Source: Mobula hypostoma (taxonomy: Eukaryota). From it: a stretch of DNA of 64,000 bases. Of this stretch, positions 1 through 12,953 are shown piece by piece. The number at the start of each line of letters is the position of its first letter. Position 1 is the stretch's first letter. Location: NCBI RefSeq assembly GCF_963921235.1, contig NC_086109.1:27530001-27594000 (forward strand). Reading direction: 5' to 3'. The notes under the pieces were generated by a model. It was not told where the DNA came from. It worked only from the letters and a program-made list of their open reading frames with translations, and did not search any database. Made by a program: the position numbers and the translations under genes.

Positions 1-620
1 CATTCCAATACTCCAATGAACGTGCCATCCTTTATCTTGTGTTATGTTTAGCTACATTAGACTTGCGTATATTCCAAACTGCACCAGCGCCCATTGCTAC
101 AAAAGCTCACACCTCTTTTCATTGTGCCTATGCCTCTGCCTTCCTTCTATTTAACCATATACTTCAACCTTGCTCTCAGCCTCTGTATGTCCTTCCTAAA
201 TGTTACAGTCTCTCAGTCTTCTGCTCCTTTAATCCACTAATTAACTATATACAAGAGCGCCAGCCACCCTCGTATTGACTTAAGAAACTTCTCTGGTGAG
301 TATAGAAGTGAGTAAACCAGTAGCTTCTAGTCTCAAATAATAAAGGAAATTAGCAACTAAAAATTTCAGATCATCAATGATTCCAATCTTGCATCTAATA
401 TTTAAAATATTAACTTTTTAACTTCCTTCTTTTTCAGATATATTTTCACTTCTTCCAGTTTGCACCATCTCCAGAATATTTTTTGTTATTCACTAGATTT
501 TACCAATTTCACACTAATCTTAATCAATCTCCTTCAGCTGGTATAATCACAAAATTTGTTGTTCAATTTCTTCCGCTGTCCGTCTGTTCACTGAATTTAA
601 TTTTGCTCTCCAGGCCCACC
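1..620 (-). mobile_element. Highly decayed L1/Tx1-like ORF2 3' remnant (tentative)
   Basis: Purine-rich minus strand with broken motifs (ETV..HL; VAMGAGAVWNIRK) resembling the Tx1 C-terminal region; many stops. Confidence 0.3.
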
Positions 621-2469
621 AGCCCACATCCACCTCCGAAAACTCTTACTTACTCTCTCTGAACATTAAATGCTAATAGTTCCAAGAATATCAGTCTGAA
701 ATTGCTTCCATCTCAACAGATGCTGCCTGAGCTGTTAAGATCTTCCAGCATTTTCTTTTTCTTGTCAGATTTTCAGCATCTGCATGATTTTGCATGAAAC
801 AAATACTCTCCTGCTTGGTGTCACCATCAAAAATAAATCAAATTTGCTCCCTGAATGCACTGATAATGTTTTTTTTTTGGTGAGCTCTTTCAACATTTTT
901 GTATTAATATCAGTTAACTCCCTTAATCCCTCTGTGATGTGACTGGGAAATGTGTATACATTATAGATGAATTTGAAATGATAATTGCTGTTGAGCCTAA
1001 AATTACATTTTGTTCAGCTGATATCTACAAATAACCTGTAGAAATAAATTTAAATCAAATGACACGGGCCTTATATTATGCATTGTACTTATACCAGTAT
1101 ATAGAGTGTTATATTTATCTCTATAAATACATCATATTTATAGAGATATGAATGCTTGGCTTGGAGGGACACCAGCTCCCACTGAGGCTACATTTGGTGT
1201 ATTTTCCTTGTAGAATGGATGTAAGTAATGAGCATCCAGAACTTTCAATGTTCACTTGCCGTTCTCAGCGGAAAATGGGCAAAAATTGATCAAAATTTCA
1301 TTCCCCATCAATAGTACTAAAAGTCTTTGGAGTGGCAGTGAATGTTGTCCCCAAAACTCAATGCAGTGGAATTGAATGTTAGAGACTTACACAACTTACT
1401 GTCATTATTGATTAATTTAGAATGTGCCACCAATGTTGGATCACTTTCTTGATAAGCCAATGAAAGGAAACAAAAATAAGTAGCTTTCACTTAGCCCTGC
1501 TCAATCCTTTCATTCACTTTTTGAAGCACACTGACAATAACAATAAAAGAGTCCTGCAGCACCTGGTATCTGAACTCAAGAAGAAATGACAACCGCACTG
1601 ATTCAGATTTTTAACCCTTCCATGGGGGACTGATGTTGTGAGGTTCCGATGCCTGACTGGTTGGTGCCAGAAGGAGCTTCCTGACTTTAAGGTTTAAACC
1701 TATACACTCACTGAAACTGACAGAGTAGCCATACTTACATTTTAATTTTATTGTCAGACTCTGTACACACAAAATGCTTCATTTTTTAACTTCTAAAAGA
1801 TAACTTGGTTCTAGTTATTGAAAACAGTGGTTATTAACATTGACATTAATGTTAATTTTCCCTGTTAGCAACAAGAATTGAACTTTGTATCATGGAGTTT
1901 ATAGTTAATTAATTCTGACATGTGGTTTCTCCGTGTGCTCAGCAAGTACAAAAAAGGTTGATCTTTTATTATTAGGTTCGAGATGTGTCCTTTTGATAAT
2001 GAAATGGGGGTCAGGAACTATGCAAACCATAATTTGCAGGTTACTTCTTCATTAAATGATATTGACCTGTTAAAATATCAATTGTAAAAAAGTAAACATT
2101 TAAAACATGCCTCTCAGAACTAGGTTTTAAAATGTGCAAGATCAACATAACTTGTCTAGATATACACATATGTATATATTTAATAAATTCACTTTTTTCA
2201 CCTGGAGCTTTGCAGACTTAAAGTCGAAGTCAAGTTTATTATCATCTGCACATGTGTATGTATGAACAGGTGCAATGAAAAACTTACATCACAGGCACAC
2301 AGCATCATGTACTGGAAATCCTATTACAGACATCAATGCTTTTACAGAACTAATTTATGGTTACAGAGAGAAAATACTGAATACTGTAACACATGGTAAT
2401 AGTGTCTGCCAGGGAGCACAGCTTTCTAAAATCTTCTCTTGAATACCATGCAACTAACAAATCAAAGTT

Positions 2470-4530
2470 TTGGCCTTCTATTGATCAAAATTCAAAGTAA
2501 ATTTATTATCCAAAGTATGTATAAGGCACCACATACAACCCTGTGGTTCATTTTCTTGTGAACATAATTCCAATTACCATAATAGAATCTATTAAAGACC
2601 ACACAAAGAGGGCGGACAACTAATGGTTGAGGGGTAATAACTGTTCCTGAAACTGGTGATGTGAGCACTGAGGGCTGTGTATCTTCTTCCTGATTTACAG
2701 CAGTGAGACGAGAGCATGTGGGGATCCTTGACGATGGATGCCGTCTTCCTGCTCTGTGTAGATCTGCTCAATGTTGGAGAAGACAAAACCCATGATGCAC
2801 TGGGGCTCTATTCACTACTTTTTGTAGGATTTTCCATTCAAGAGAATCGGTGTTGCCATAGCAGCTTGCAAAGCAGCCAATCAATATACTCTCCACCACA
2901 CATCTATAGAAGTTTGTCAAAGTTTTAGATGTCCAAGCACCTCAGTGAACACTCTAGCCAGTTTATCAGCACAGGTCTTCAGCACTCAGCCTTCGCCATT
3001 TGGGATGGATGCTTTCCGTGGGTTCTCTCTTCTGAAGGATGCTCAAACGTCAGCCTCAAACACTGAAATCACAGAATCAGCTGGGGCTGTGGGAGTTCAT
3101 GATGGTTTCTCCATATTTTTATGGTCAAAGTGAGCAGAGAAGGCATTGAGCCCATCTGGAAGCAAACCCCTTCTGTCACCTATGTTGTTTGATTTCACTT
3201 TGTAAGAGGTGATAGTATCCAATCCCTGCCACAGCTGTTGAGCATCCTTCATTGATTCAAGTTTAGTCCGGAGTTGCAACTTCGCCCATGAGATGACTTT
3301 CCAGAGATCATCCCTGGACCTCCTGTAACCCTCTTAGTTGCCAAACTTGAATGCCTCTGATCTGGCCCTCAGCAGATTGCGGATCTCGTGGCTTCTGACT
3401 GGGGAAGACTGACTGATTTTGTGGGGACATACTCGTATATGACTTTTTTTTTTATTAAGTCCGTGACAACTGTGGTGTGTTCATTCTGATCCATGAATGA
3501 GTTCTTGAACATGGCCCAGTCCACTGACTCGAAGCAATTCCATAATCGCTCCTCTGACTCTCACGACCACCTCTTTGTTGTCCTGTCTCTGGAGCCTTGC
3601 TGTTTAGCCATGTGATCACAGTCTCTGAAATGCAGTCTGGGTATGGAATGTTAGGTATTCCTCATCGTAATATAGCAGTAGTCTAGTGTGTTGAGACCGC
3701 CTGTGCTACAGGTCGTATACTGATGGCAATTGGGCTGGGATTTCTTCAGCCAAGCCTGGTTGAAATCCCCAACTATGATATAAAATGCGTCAGGTTGGAC
3801 TCTTTTTTGCTCGGCGATGGCATCATGCAGAATCTCAAGTGCTTGATTACAATTGGCCACTGGTGGTATGTCAACTGCGGTTGGGATCATGGAGGAGAAC
3901 TCTGTTGGTAAATAGAATAGTCAGCATTTGTTTGTTAGGTGCTCAATGTCAGGGAACATGGGTACAGCAAAACCACCACATTGGAGCACCATAGAGAGTT
4001 TATCATGAAACACCAGCAGACTGGCTCATCCTTTGTATTGAGAGGCCTTTGGGTCCGATCACCGTATCTGGCATACTCTGAGTAAACCACATCTCGGTAA
4101 AACACACAACTCAACAATTTCGCATTTCCTTTCAATGCAACAATCTTGCCTCCAGGTCCTCAAATTTGTCCTCCAGCGATTGCACATTTGTTAACAAGAT
4201 GCTGGTAGAGGAGTGTCATCCTTCTGCGTTTCATTCTGGCTTGGAGTGTCCCCGACCTCCCCCCCTCCCCACCTTTTGCTTCCCTGCGGCCATACTGATG
4301 AAACATCGTCTACTTAAAGGTGTGCACCTGCTTGCTTGAGAGTTAAGTCCACCGAGTCCTTCAGAAGATCATGAAACCTGTAGTTCATTAAGTCAATTTA
4401 AAGGTATGTCACCTAAAGGGAAATAACAGGCTGCAGATTGCAGTGAGAGTAGTTCATAGAAGTATAGTTAGAAGTATTGGACAGAGCCCGCAGAAGATGG
4501 CTCACCTGTGCTACTCTGGCACATCAATAA
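2470..4530 (-). mobile_element. Rex1/Babar-type LINE, internally deleted
   Basis: APE endonuclease remnants (IIVGDFNQA..CSTGGLNTLDYCY; LWQGLDTITSYK..LPDGLNAF) plus typical 3' segment at ~2470-2940. Confidence 0.8.
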
Positions 4531-4714
4531 ATAGTGACTGATTTATATAATCAATTTACAATTCTTTTGTTGCTGTATTTTATGGATGATAGAAATAAAT
4601 GTTGGTGGTCTTTGTCCTCTAAGCACCCAGCAATTCCAACATTGTTTAGTCATGATAATATATCTTAATCTGTAAATAAAAGCAAAAATAAAAAGGTGTA
4701 GACGATCTTCAGTA

Positions 4715-4930
4715 ACACACAAAGTGCTTAGTACTTAGTAGGTTAGACAGTATCTACGGAGAGGAATAAACAGTCAATGTTTTCGGCCAAAACCCTTCAT
4801 CAAGTCTCATCAGTCCTGATGTCGACTGCTTATTCAGCTCCCTAAATGCTGCCTGACCTGCTGAGTTCCTCCAGTATTTTGTGTCCGTGTTACTCTGGAT
4901 TTCCAGCATCTGCAAAATGTCCTGTGTTGT
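4715..4930. mobile_element. Penelope-derived short inverted (hairpin) element, degenerate
   Basis: Inverted pair of the PLE terminal motif gctgcctgacctgctgagttcctccagc around degenerate CTGATGA/GAAA cores. Confidence 0.65.
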
Positions 4931-6582
4931 AGAAAATCTTCATCAGGTCACATCGGATCAATGAAAAGGGAAAGGCATGGTTTAGGATTTCATCAAATCT
5001 GAAAAACCATTGGACCGAAACATCAATTTTGTTTTCCTCCCCAGTTGCTGCTCTAATTTCAGGTTTCCATTACCTACAATATTGCATTATTTTGTTATGT
5101 GTATTTAGGCCAAGATTTTTATATTCAGATATTTTGGGGAGAGCAGCACTCTCAGAAATAAAAGGAGAATAAACACTGTCATTACTTCAGCTTCTTGGAT
5201 GCTAAACTATAAACTATTACAAAATATGCAAATATTGTAAAATCAGGATGAGGCTCTTAAAGGAGAGGAGATTTTATTCATTAAAAAGTCTTGGAAGAGC
5301 ATAATAATAAAGCCAAATGAGGGAATAAAATCAGCTGCTTCCTTCTGATGGAGACTTAATTAAAGTGACCACCTGACCACACAGATTTACTGGCTGTTAG
5401 CAACTCATTTAGAATACATAGGGGTTCTACAATTAAGATTTGCATTTAAAAGCAAGTAGCTCAAAACTGTACAGAGAGGCAACATTTTTGAAATGTGACT
5501 GGCACAGCCAAGGGAAAACATGCATATTCTAAATGCAGCTGTAAGAAGACTGTCTAAATTAGATTTCCAATTAGAGAGCATCAGATATATTTAAACAGAT
5601 TACATTCATGTCAACATTTCCAGCCTTCAAAGTGCAATCTTGGGCTGGATCCAACTGGATTCCACACTTTCCAACTGCAGAAAGTACCTTTATACGTATC
5701 ACCATTTTCAAGAAATTGAAGCCTTCATTTAAGTTCATCACAGCTGTGCTTTCTTAGTGTTAAAATACTTTTCACAGTGATTCAAAGTGTTCAACATTTA
5801 GGCTGTGAGACTGCCCCTGGCTGCTGTGCTTTGTGTCTGAGAACTTTGTGATCATTTGCCCACTAATGTCATGAACTGAATACCGAGGCTTTGGATCTAC
5901 TCCGGTCTGCTCTGGGGATTTCGGTCTATGGAGTCAATTTGGTTCGAAATGCTTTTGTTGTTGCTCGCTTCTACTGTTTGCGTGATAGGAGTTTTTTTTC
6001 CCCTCTTTCTCTACACATTTGGGGGTGGGTCTTTATATTTTTTTAAAAATTGGGTTCTTTCAAGTCTCTTGCTTGGTGGCTGTCTGTCAGCAGACAAATC
6101 TCAAAGTTGTATAATTTATACATTTTTTGATAATAAATGTACTTTGAATCTTTATTATCAAACTCCCATTACTGCAGTTCTTTTGAAACAAAGACCCTGA
6201 AACAGCTCTATGCAGTGGGTCAGCTTATTGGAGAAGACCTCATACCATGTGGTGAAATGACGAATGAGACTGGATTACCATCTTAATTTTTGCCAGATCT
6301 GACAAACCCGTTCTCGTTTTTGTAAATGAACACCAAGTAATGATACAAGTCACATTGAAGTGTATGATTATTGCAATAGTGTGATGATAAAAATGGTAAG
6401 TATTTGTCAGACTTATGCAATGTGAAATAAATAGATGTTATTGTCGAAAATGTAAAGGAGCACAAAATTAGTTGTTTTGTTTGGAATTGTATTGAATTAA
6501 AGGTGCTGTGTAACATCAGCCTGTTTAAATTGAAGTTGAAATGAACTTTAATTATTTATTTTGTATTTATTTACAGGTAAAT

Positions 6583-6883
6583 GCTGGCACGTGGCCAAGT
6601 GGTTAAGGCGTTCGTCTAGTGATTTGAAGGTTGCTAGTTCAAGCCTCAACTGAGGCAGTGTGTGTGTCCTTGAGCAAGGCACTTAACCACACATTGCTCT
6701 GCGACGACACTGGTGCCAAGCTGTATGGGTCCTAGTGCCCTTCCCTTGGACAACATCGGTGGCGTGGAGATGGGAGACATGCACCACGGGCAACTGTTGG
6801 TCTTCTATACAACTTTGCCCAGGCCTGCGCCCTGGAAACCTTCCAAGGCGCAAATCCATGGTCTCATGAGACTAATGAATGCC
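6583..6883 (+). mobile_element. tRNA-derived SINE with CORE-like central motif
   Basis: A box TGGCCAAGTGG, B box AGTTCAAGC, gtgtccttgagcaaggcacttaacc; TSD tatttacag(g/a)ta at 6568-6579 and 6884-6895. Confidence 0.85.
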
Positions 6884-7073
6884 TATTTACAGATACAGCA
6901 CGGCAACAGGCCCTTCTGCCCCAATGAGCCCACACCATCCAATTACAATGATGTGACTAATTAATGTACTAATGGTACGTCTTTGGAAGTGGGAGGAAAC
7001 CGAACCACCAGGAGGAAATACACATAGTCACAGGGAGAATATACAAACTCCTTACAGACCAGTGGCAGGAATA
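6884..7073 (-). mobile_element. V-SINE/HE1-like SINE (host of the SINE above)
   Basis: gggaggaaacc..cacatagtcacagggagaatatacaaactccttacagac, the reverse complement of the V-domain; related copies at ~10285 and ~36310. Confidence 0.7.
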
Positions 7074-7799
7074 CAAGAATATTTGTTCTTAATATTGTAC
7101 AGTTAAATTTTACCCCACTAGTTCTCAGTAAGTTTCTCCATTAAGCTTTACTAAAAATATTTCTAATAAAGATAACATCCACGTAATGGTTCAGGTTGCT
7201 TTTTGTTTTAATTTTTTTTGCAGAATTTATCAGCTGAAAGAAATACTTAGAAATGAATTTTAGAACAATGCTATGATGATCATACAGTGAGATCACTCCC
7301 ATGTCATTTGTCCTTGTTATATCAAGGATCTATTAATATGTATCTTAAATGTTTCATCTAAGTTGCACTTAGTCACAGTCTTTTGCCTTAGTCAATGCAT
7401 CTTAATCTTTGGATTACTGCCAGATACAATGAATTGATTTCTCTTGGCCCATTCACTGTCACATTAAGTTATGATGTTCCTCAAAACACACACTTTCTAA
7501 TAAGCACAATCTTATATTTCTATATTACGCTTTTCTTTCTGACTTACTGCTTGTCAGGTACTGTACATCTCCAATTGGCTCAGTTTTTGCTCATGGCACA
7601 GCCTTTCAAAGTTGTTAACAAAAGTGAAGGCCCTGAAAAGTTAAATGTCAACCATTTACTGGAAAGTTAAATGTCAAACCTTTTCACTTTCGATTTGGAT
7701 TCCCATCTATCTGACTTTACTGACCATCATATAACCTCCCCGCACCCCCACAATTATCACCTTTCTGGACTACTTTCCTTGCCTGGAAAAAAATCCCAA

Positions 7800-8380
7800 A
7801 CCTCCAACAAACAGAAACAGGGATGGGTCACTAGGTCCCTCAGGCTTGCTCCATTATTTCATGTGATCATGGCTGATCTGTAGTCTTTCTCTTTGCCAGT
7901 TATCAATTAACATTCAAATCCCCACTATCTCCACCTTAAATGCATCTCTATTGATCTCTTTTGATCAGACCACCTTGAGTGGCAGAGAGTTCCAAAGATG
8001 CACTGTCTGTTGAGAGGTGTTTACGTGCACCTCCGTTTTAAATAACTAGCCCTTGATTTTGCCGCCAAGAACTCTTGTTTGTGACTCTCCCACGAGTGGA
8101 AACATCTCAATACGAACCCTGCTAAGTTCCCGTGGGATCTTGTATATTTAAATAAGGTCATCCCTCAGCATTCTTTTATACACTCCAAATGCCTAGTCTA
8201 CCTTAATATGATAACCCACCCACCCCAAGGATTAGTATGTTGAATTTTCTTTGAACTTTCTCCAATGCTACGACATTGTTTTTTTTAGGTTGGAAGAGTG
8301 AAACTGGGTATAGTTTTCTAGCTGTGGCCTCACCAACACCCTGAACAACTATAACAAAACCTTAATACTCTTAAACTCTC
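7800..8380 (-). mobile_element. Old CR1 LINE 3' fragment
   Basis: Reverse-complement CR1 3' motifs (catggctgatct, ggcagagagttccaaagat, tgtggcctcaccaa). Confidence 0.6.
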
Positions 8381-9816
8381 CCGTGGGGGCTGGTGAAATC
8401 TCAAAAGAAACGACATTTGATTTTATTGACTTGTAATTGAAAGCCTCTGCTTCATCCACACTTGCGCACTTCACAATCTGGTTGAATTGAACAATAAATA
8501 CGCAGGGAGCAGAACAAAATCATGCTCCTGTCCTGCTGTGAATGTGTTAATCTAGGAAAATTAGTTTGGGTTTACTTATTATCCTCTTGAGTTAGGGCCT
8601 AAATGGCCTTGAACCAGGTGGCTTGCTGAACCATATCAGAGCCCCACACAGGCCTATATATGATTGGCTCTTGATTAAAGAGAGAAATACATAATCTTCC
8701 CTAAATAATATTAGTAAACATGTCTTCATAACAATTTGGCAATTTTGCAGTCACATAAGTTATACTAATTTTTATATTTTTGACTAATTAAAGTCATTGA
8801 AACCTTCCTGGGCTGCTCGATGACCTTGTGGTTTAATGTTTTATATTCTGTTTTCCTTACTCTCATTTTTGCTGTTTGCGGAATTTGTTCTTTTTCGCGT
8901 GTATTGGGGGTTTGATATTTTTCTTTAAATGGGTTCCATTTTTTTTGTTTTGTGGTTGGCTGTGGGAAGACGAATCTTAGGGTTGTATACTGCATACAAT
9001 CATTGTGAATAAATGTACTTTGAATCTTGAATTAAAATTCTACAGCTGCATTTTGCAAACATTTCTTGACATCTTTGAATCTCACCCAAACTCTGAATTG
9101 GTTGCTTGCGACATAATGGCACTGTTATTGCAATTCTTTGTAAGTGTATTTATGCTGCAGGAAGTGATGCCTCAGAGTTTCAGAAACCCGGATTCAGTTC
9201 TTCCTTCCAGTATAATTGCCTTGTCCAAGAGCAGGTTACTGATGTTACTGGCCCTTTTCTGGCACATTTCTGTATATATGGCTTTGATGGTGCCGAGGGT
9301 GGGGCAGGTGATACGGTGAACAGATGCTTTTGTACATAAATACACTTCCTAATCAACCTAATCAGTAAACATTAGAAACATGCATACTCATGTTGGGCAT
9401 TTTTGTTATTGCACAACACCTAACAATTGGTATTGCCGTTGAACACAAATATTTAAAAAAGCTACATTTGGTGTTTAAAAACAAACTACTGTGAGGCACT
9501 TACAATACTTACCACCTTGTACTCCTTCCCGACACCCACTCTATTCTGGGTTCTTCACCCTTTCTTTCCAGTCCTTGGCCTGAAACATCAAGACTATTCC
9601 TCTCTGGCTGCCTGACCTGCTGAGTTCCTCCAGCACTTTGTGTGAGTTGTTATTGTAAGGCATATTGGTTTCTTTCTCATTCTTCTTCAGCATGTGTACA
9701 TGCTGGAAGCTCCTGGTATCTCACTAACTGGTCAATCTTCAACTGCAAACCTGAACAACTGTATCATCGAAATTCACCCCCCTCCCCCAACTACCCTATT
9801 CCATTCACATTGAGCG

Positions 9817-10095
9817 ACAGAGAGTTTTAAAGAGCGGGGCAATCTGCACATTTTGAGCGCCACAGTTCCTGAGGAGACATTGGATTGCACATACGAAGAG
9901 AGAGTTTAAAAGAAGTGAGCGGGGGCAGTCGTAACTTTCGTGTGTGTAGTTCCCGAGGAGATATTGGATTGTGTAGAGGAAGAAAAGGTTTAAAAGAAGT
10001 GAATTGGGGCAGTCACACATTTCACGTGCATAGTTCCTGAGGAGATATTGGATTGCGCATAATTAGGCTTTCACAAGATCCACTAAAAAGAAATT
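9817..10095 (+). repeat. Tandem array of three 84-bp units (CR1 5'UTR-like)
   Basis: Anchor gttcc(t/c)gaggaga(c/t)attggattg at 9865, 9949 and 10033; related sequence at 11683-11830. Confidence 0.8.
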
Positions 10096-10284
10096 TCCTT
10101 ACCCTCTCTGGAATACAAACAGTGATGAAACTTATTGGGCCAAATGGAACACTCTGCAATTCAACCATTGCTAGTGAATCACAGCCCTTACAGGAAACAG
10201 TAAATAATGATCAGAGAAGCCAAGGTGGAATAATATTCCTTTCTTTAGTTACCTTGAGCAGACACCACAGTTGTTTTTTTTTTG

Positions 10285-10528
10285 CCTTTAGAGATACAGT
10301 ATAGTGCTTCTAGCCCAACAATCCTGTGTTTCCATATTACAGCAATGTGAGCCATTGACTTACTAACTAGTATGTTTTTGGAATGTGGGAGGAAACCAGA
10401 CCACCCAGAAGAAACCCATGCGGTCGTGAGGAAAACATACAAACTCCTTACAAAGGTTGGCCGGAACGAACCCAGGTCGCTAGAACTCTAATAGTGTTGT
10501 GCTAACATCTGCACTACTGTGCTGCCCC
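10285..10528 (-). mobile_element. V-SINE/HE1-like SINE
   Basis: tgtgggaggaaaccag..aaacccatgcggtc..acatacaaactccttaca..gaacccaggtcgct (V-domain plus reverse B box). Confidence 0.75.
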
Positions 10529-10769
10529 AAAATGCAGTTACAGTAGAGTCATAGAGCACTACAACACAAAAATAGGCCCTTCGGCCCATTTACACGATGC
10601 TGAACTATTATTCTGCCAAGTCCCATTTACCTGCATCTGGACCAGAGCCCTCCATACCCCTCCCATCATGTACATATCCAAACTTCGCCTAATATGGAGT
10701 CAAACTTCTCTTAAAATCAAGCAGAGAAAGGAAAGTATAGTTGTCAAATCCCAGATAGCAAACTCCCAC

Positions 10770-11041
10770 AAACAATATAGCACTGTCCAGATAAGCTGTT
10801 GCAGTGATGTTGATTAAGTATTGGCCGGGATACTGGCAATAAATCCAATAAATCCCTTGATTCTTTTTGAATCAGTGCCATGAAATCTTTTATACCACCC
10901 AGCACCTCAGCTGAATGATTTTCTTGATAGCACACCTTCTGTTTCAGTATCGCAGCAAACATCAGTTTAGCCTTTCTGTGATTCAATCTTTGGAATGGAA
11001 CAGCTTTCGATTCAGAGAGGGGAATGCTGCCATCTTAGCCA
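10770..11041 (-). mobile_element. Ancient DeuSINE (SacSINE1-like), degenerate
   Basis: ggccgggatactgg..cagtgccatgaaatcttttatacc..ttcgattcagagaggggaatgctgccatcttagcca resembles the reverse complement of a shark tRNA-headed DeuSINE. Confidence 0.5.
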
Positions 11042-12953
11042 GAAGTACAGCTTCTGTATTTGTATGATCTGAAATCAGTCCAATGAACTTACCCACTGAA
11101 TTGATTGGAAAATAAGCATTTTTAAAATTGGGTGGAATTCTGGAATATTTAATATGATACCATTTCAACTTAAAACATTTATAAATAGAATATGAAGATT
11201 GATAAATCAGAATTAGATTTAATATTATTGACATATGTCGTGAAATTTGTTAACTTGGCAGCAGCAATACAATGCTATACATGATAAATATAGAAAAAAC
11301 TGAATTACATTAGGTATATGTAAAATAGTTCAGCATGTTAATAGCATGTTAAATAGTTAAGTTAAAATAGGTAATGCAAAAATAGAAACAAAAAAACAAG
11401 TAGTGAGGTAGTGTTCATGAGTTCAATATCCACTTAGAAATCAGATGGCAAAGGAAAAAAAGCTGTTTGTGAAACGGCAATTAGTATCTAAAATCATAAA
11501 AGTAACTTACAATACTGAACATTCACAAGACTGTAAGCCTCATCATCACATATCCAAAACAAAATTCAATTCTTGTTTCTTGCTAAGCTATATAAATAAT
11601 TTTCTGTGGTGACTCGGTGATGCAAAGAGAACATCACAATCTGCAAGGGTTAATGTTAATGATGTCATACTATATTTTACACACCACAGTTCCGGAGGAG
11701 ACAACAAAGAGGGAGACTGAGTTTAAAAGACGTGAGCAAGGCAGCCAGCACATCTTGTGCGCCGCTATTCCTGAGGAGATATTGGATTGTGCATAACTAG
11801 GCATTTGGCAAGAACCAGTAGAAAGAAATTAGATTTGAGTGGAGTGATCATTGTGAGTGCAGACATTGTGTGAGTGGGCCAGTATTAGAGAGAGAAGTTA
11901 AGGTGTTGGCTAATCTAGTCTTCAACAAGGAGAGGTGTAAACTGTAGGTAGATTATTTTTCCTGTTAAAATTTACCCTCTGTTAGATCAGAATATAACCT
12001 ATGTGTGGAGCCAAAAGAAATGGGGAGACGTTAAATGAATGTTTTTTGCATCTGTATTTACTTGGGAGAAGGACACAGAGACTATAGAAGAGAAGCAAGC
12101 AGCAACGAGGTCATGGACCCTATAGGGATTACGGAGGAGGAAGTGTTTGCGGGCTTGAGGCAATTTAGTGTGGATAAATCCCCAGGACCCAGCAAAGTCT
12201 TCCCTCAAACCCCATGCAAGGAAGCTAGTGCAGAAATTATAGGGGCCGTAGCCATGGATGACGTACTGGAGGATTGGAGGATAGCTAATGTTGTTCCATT
12301 GTTTAAAGAAAGGCTCCAAGTATAAGCCTGACATCAGTAGCGGGAAAGATATTTGAAGGTATTCTAAGGGACCGAATATACAAGTATTCGGATAGACAGA
12401 GTCTGATTAGGGATAGTCAACATGGTTTTGTACATGGTAGTTCACATCTAACTAACCTTACAGAGATTTGCAAGTAAGTTACCAAGAAAGTTGATGAAGG
12501 CAAGTCAGTGGATGTTGTCGACATGAACGTTAGCAAGGCCTTCAACAAGGTCCCGCATGGGAGGTTGGTCAGGAAGGTTCAGCCACTTGGCATGCAAGAT
12601 GATGTGGTAAATTGGATGAGAAATTGGCTTCGTGGGAGAGGCCAGAGTGGTAGTTGATGAATGCTTCTCTGACTGGAGGCCTGCGGCTAGTAATATGCTG
12701 CAGGGATCGATGCTGGGCCCTTTGCTGTTTGTCATCTATGTCAACAAGCTGAATGATACTGTGCTAAACTGGATCAGCAAATTTGCAGATGACACTGTGA
12801 TTAGGCATGCAGTGGACAGTGAAGGAAACTATCAAAGCTTGCAATGGGATCTAGATCAGCTGCACAAATGGGCTGAAAATGGTAAATGGAATTTAATGCA
12901 GACAAGTGTGAGGCGTTGCACTTTGGCGGACCAACCAGGGTAGGAATTACATG

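Noticed and set aside
15..40. Minus-strand GGATGGCACGT (DGT + GT) like a copine exon end
   Set aside because: Upstream codons do not match copine.
6283..6345. Minus-strand LVFIYKNENG resembling copine LVFYRSNEDG
   Set aside because: Lacks the preceding KKDFFGKSDPF and appropriate splice sites.
6583..6660. Apparent tRNA gene
   Set aside because: It is the head of a SINE with TSD and a second diverged copy, not a standalone tRNA.
9817..10095. CRISPR-like repeat-spacer array
   Set aside because: Whole units are similar to each other with no unique spacers; eukaryotic context and no cas genes.
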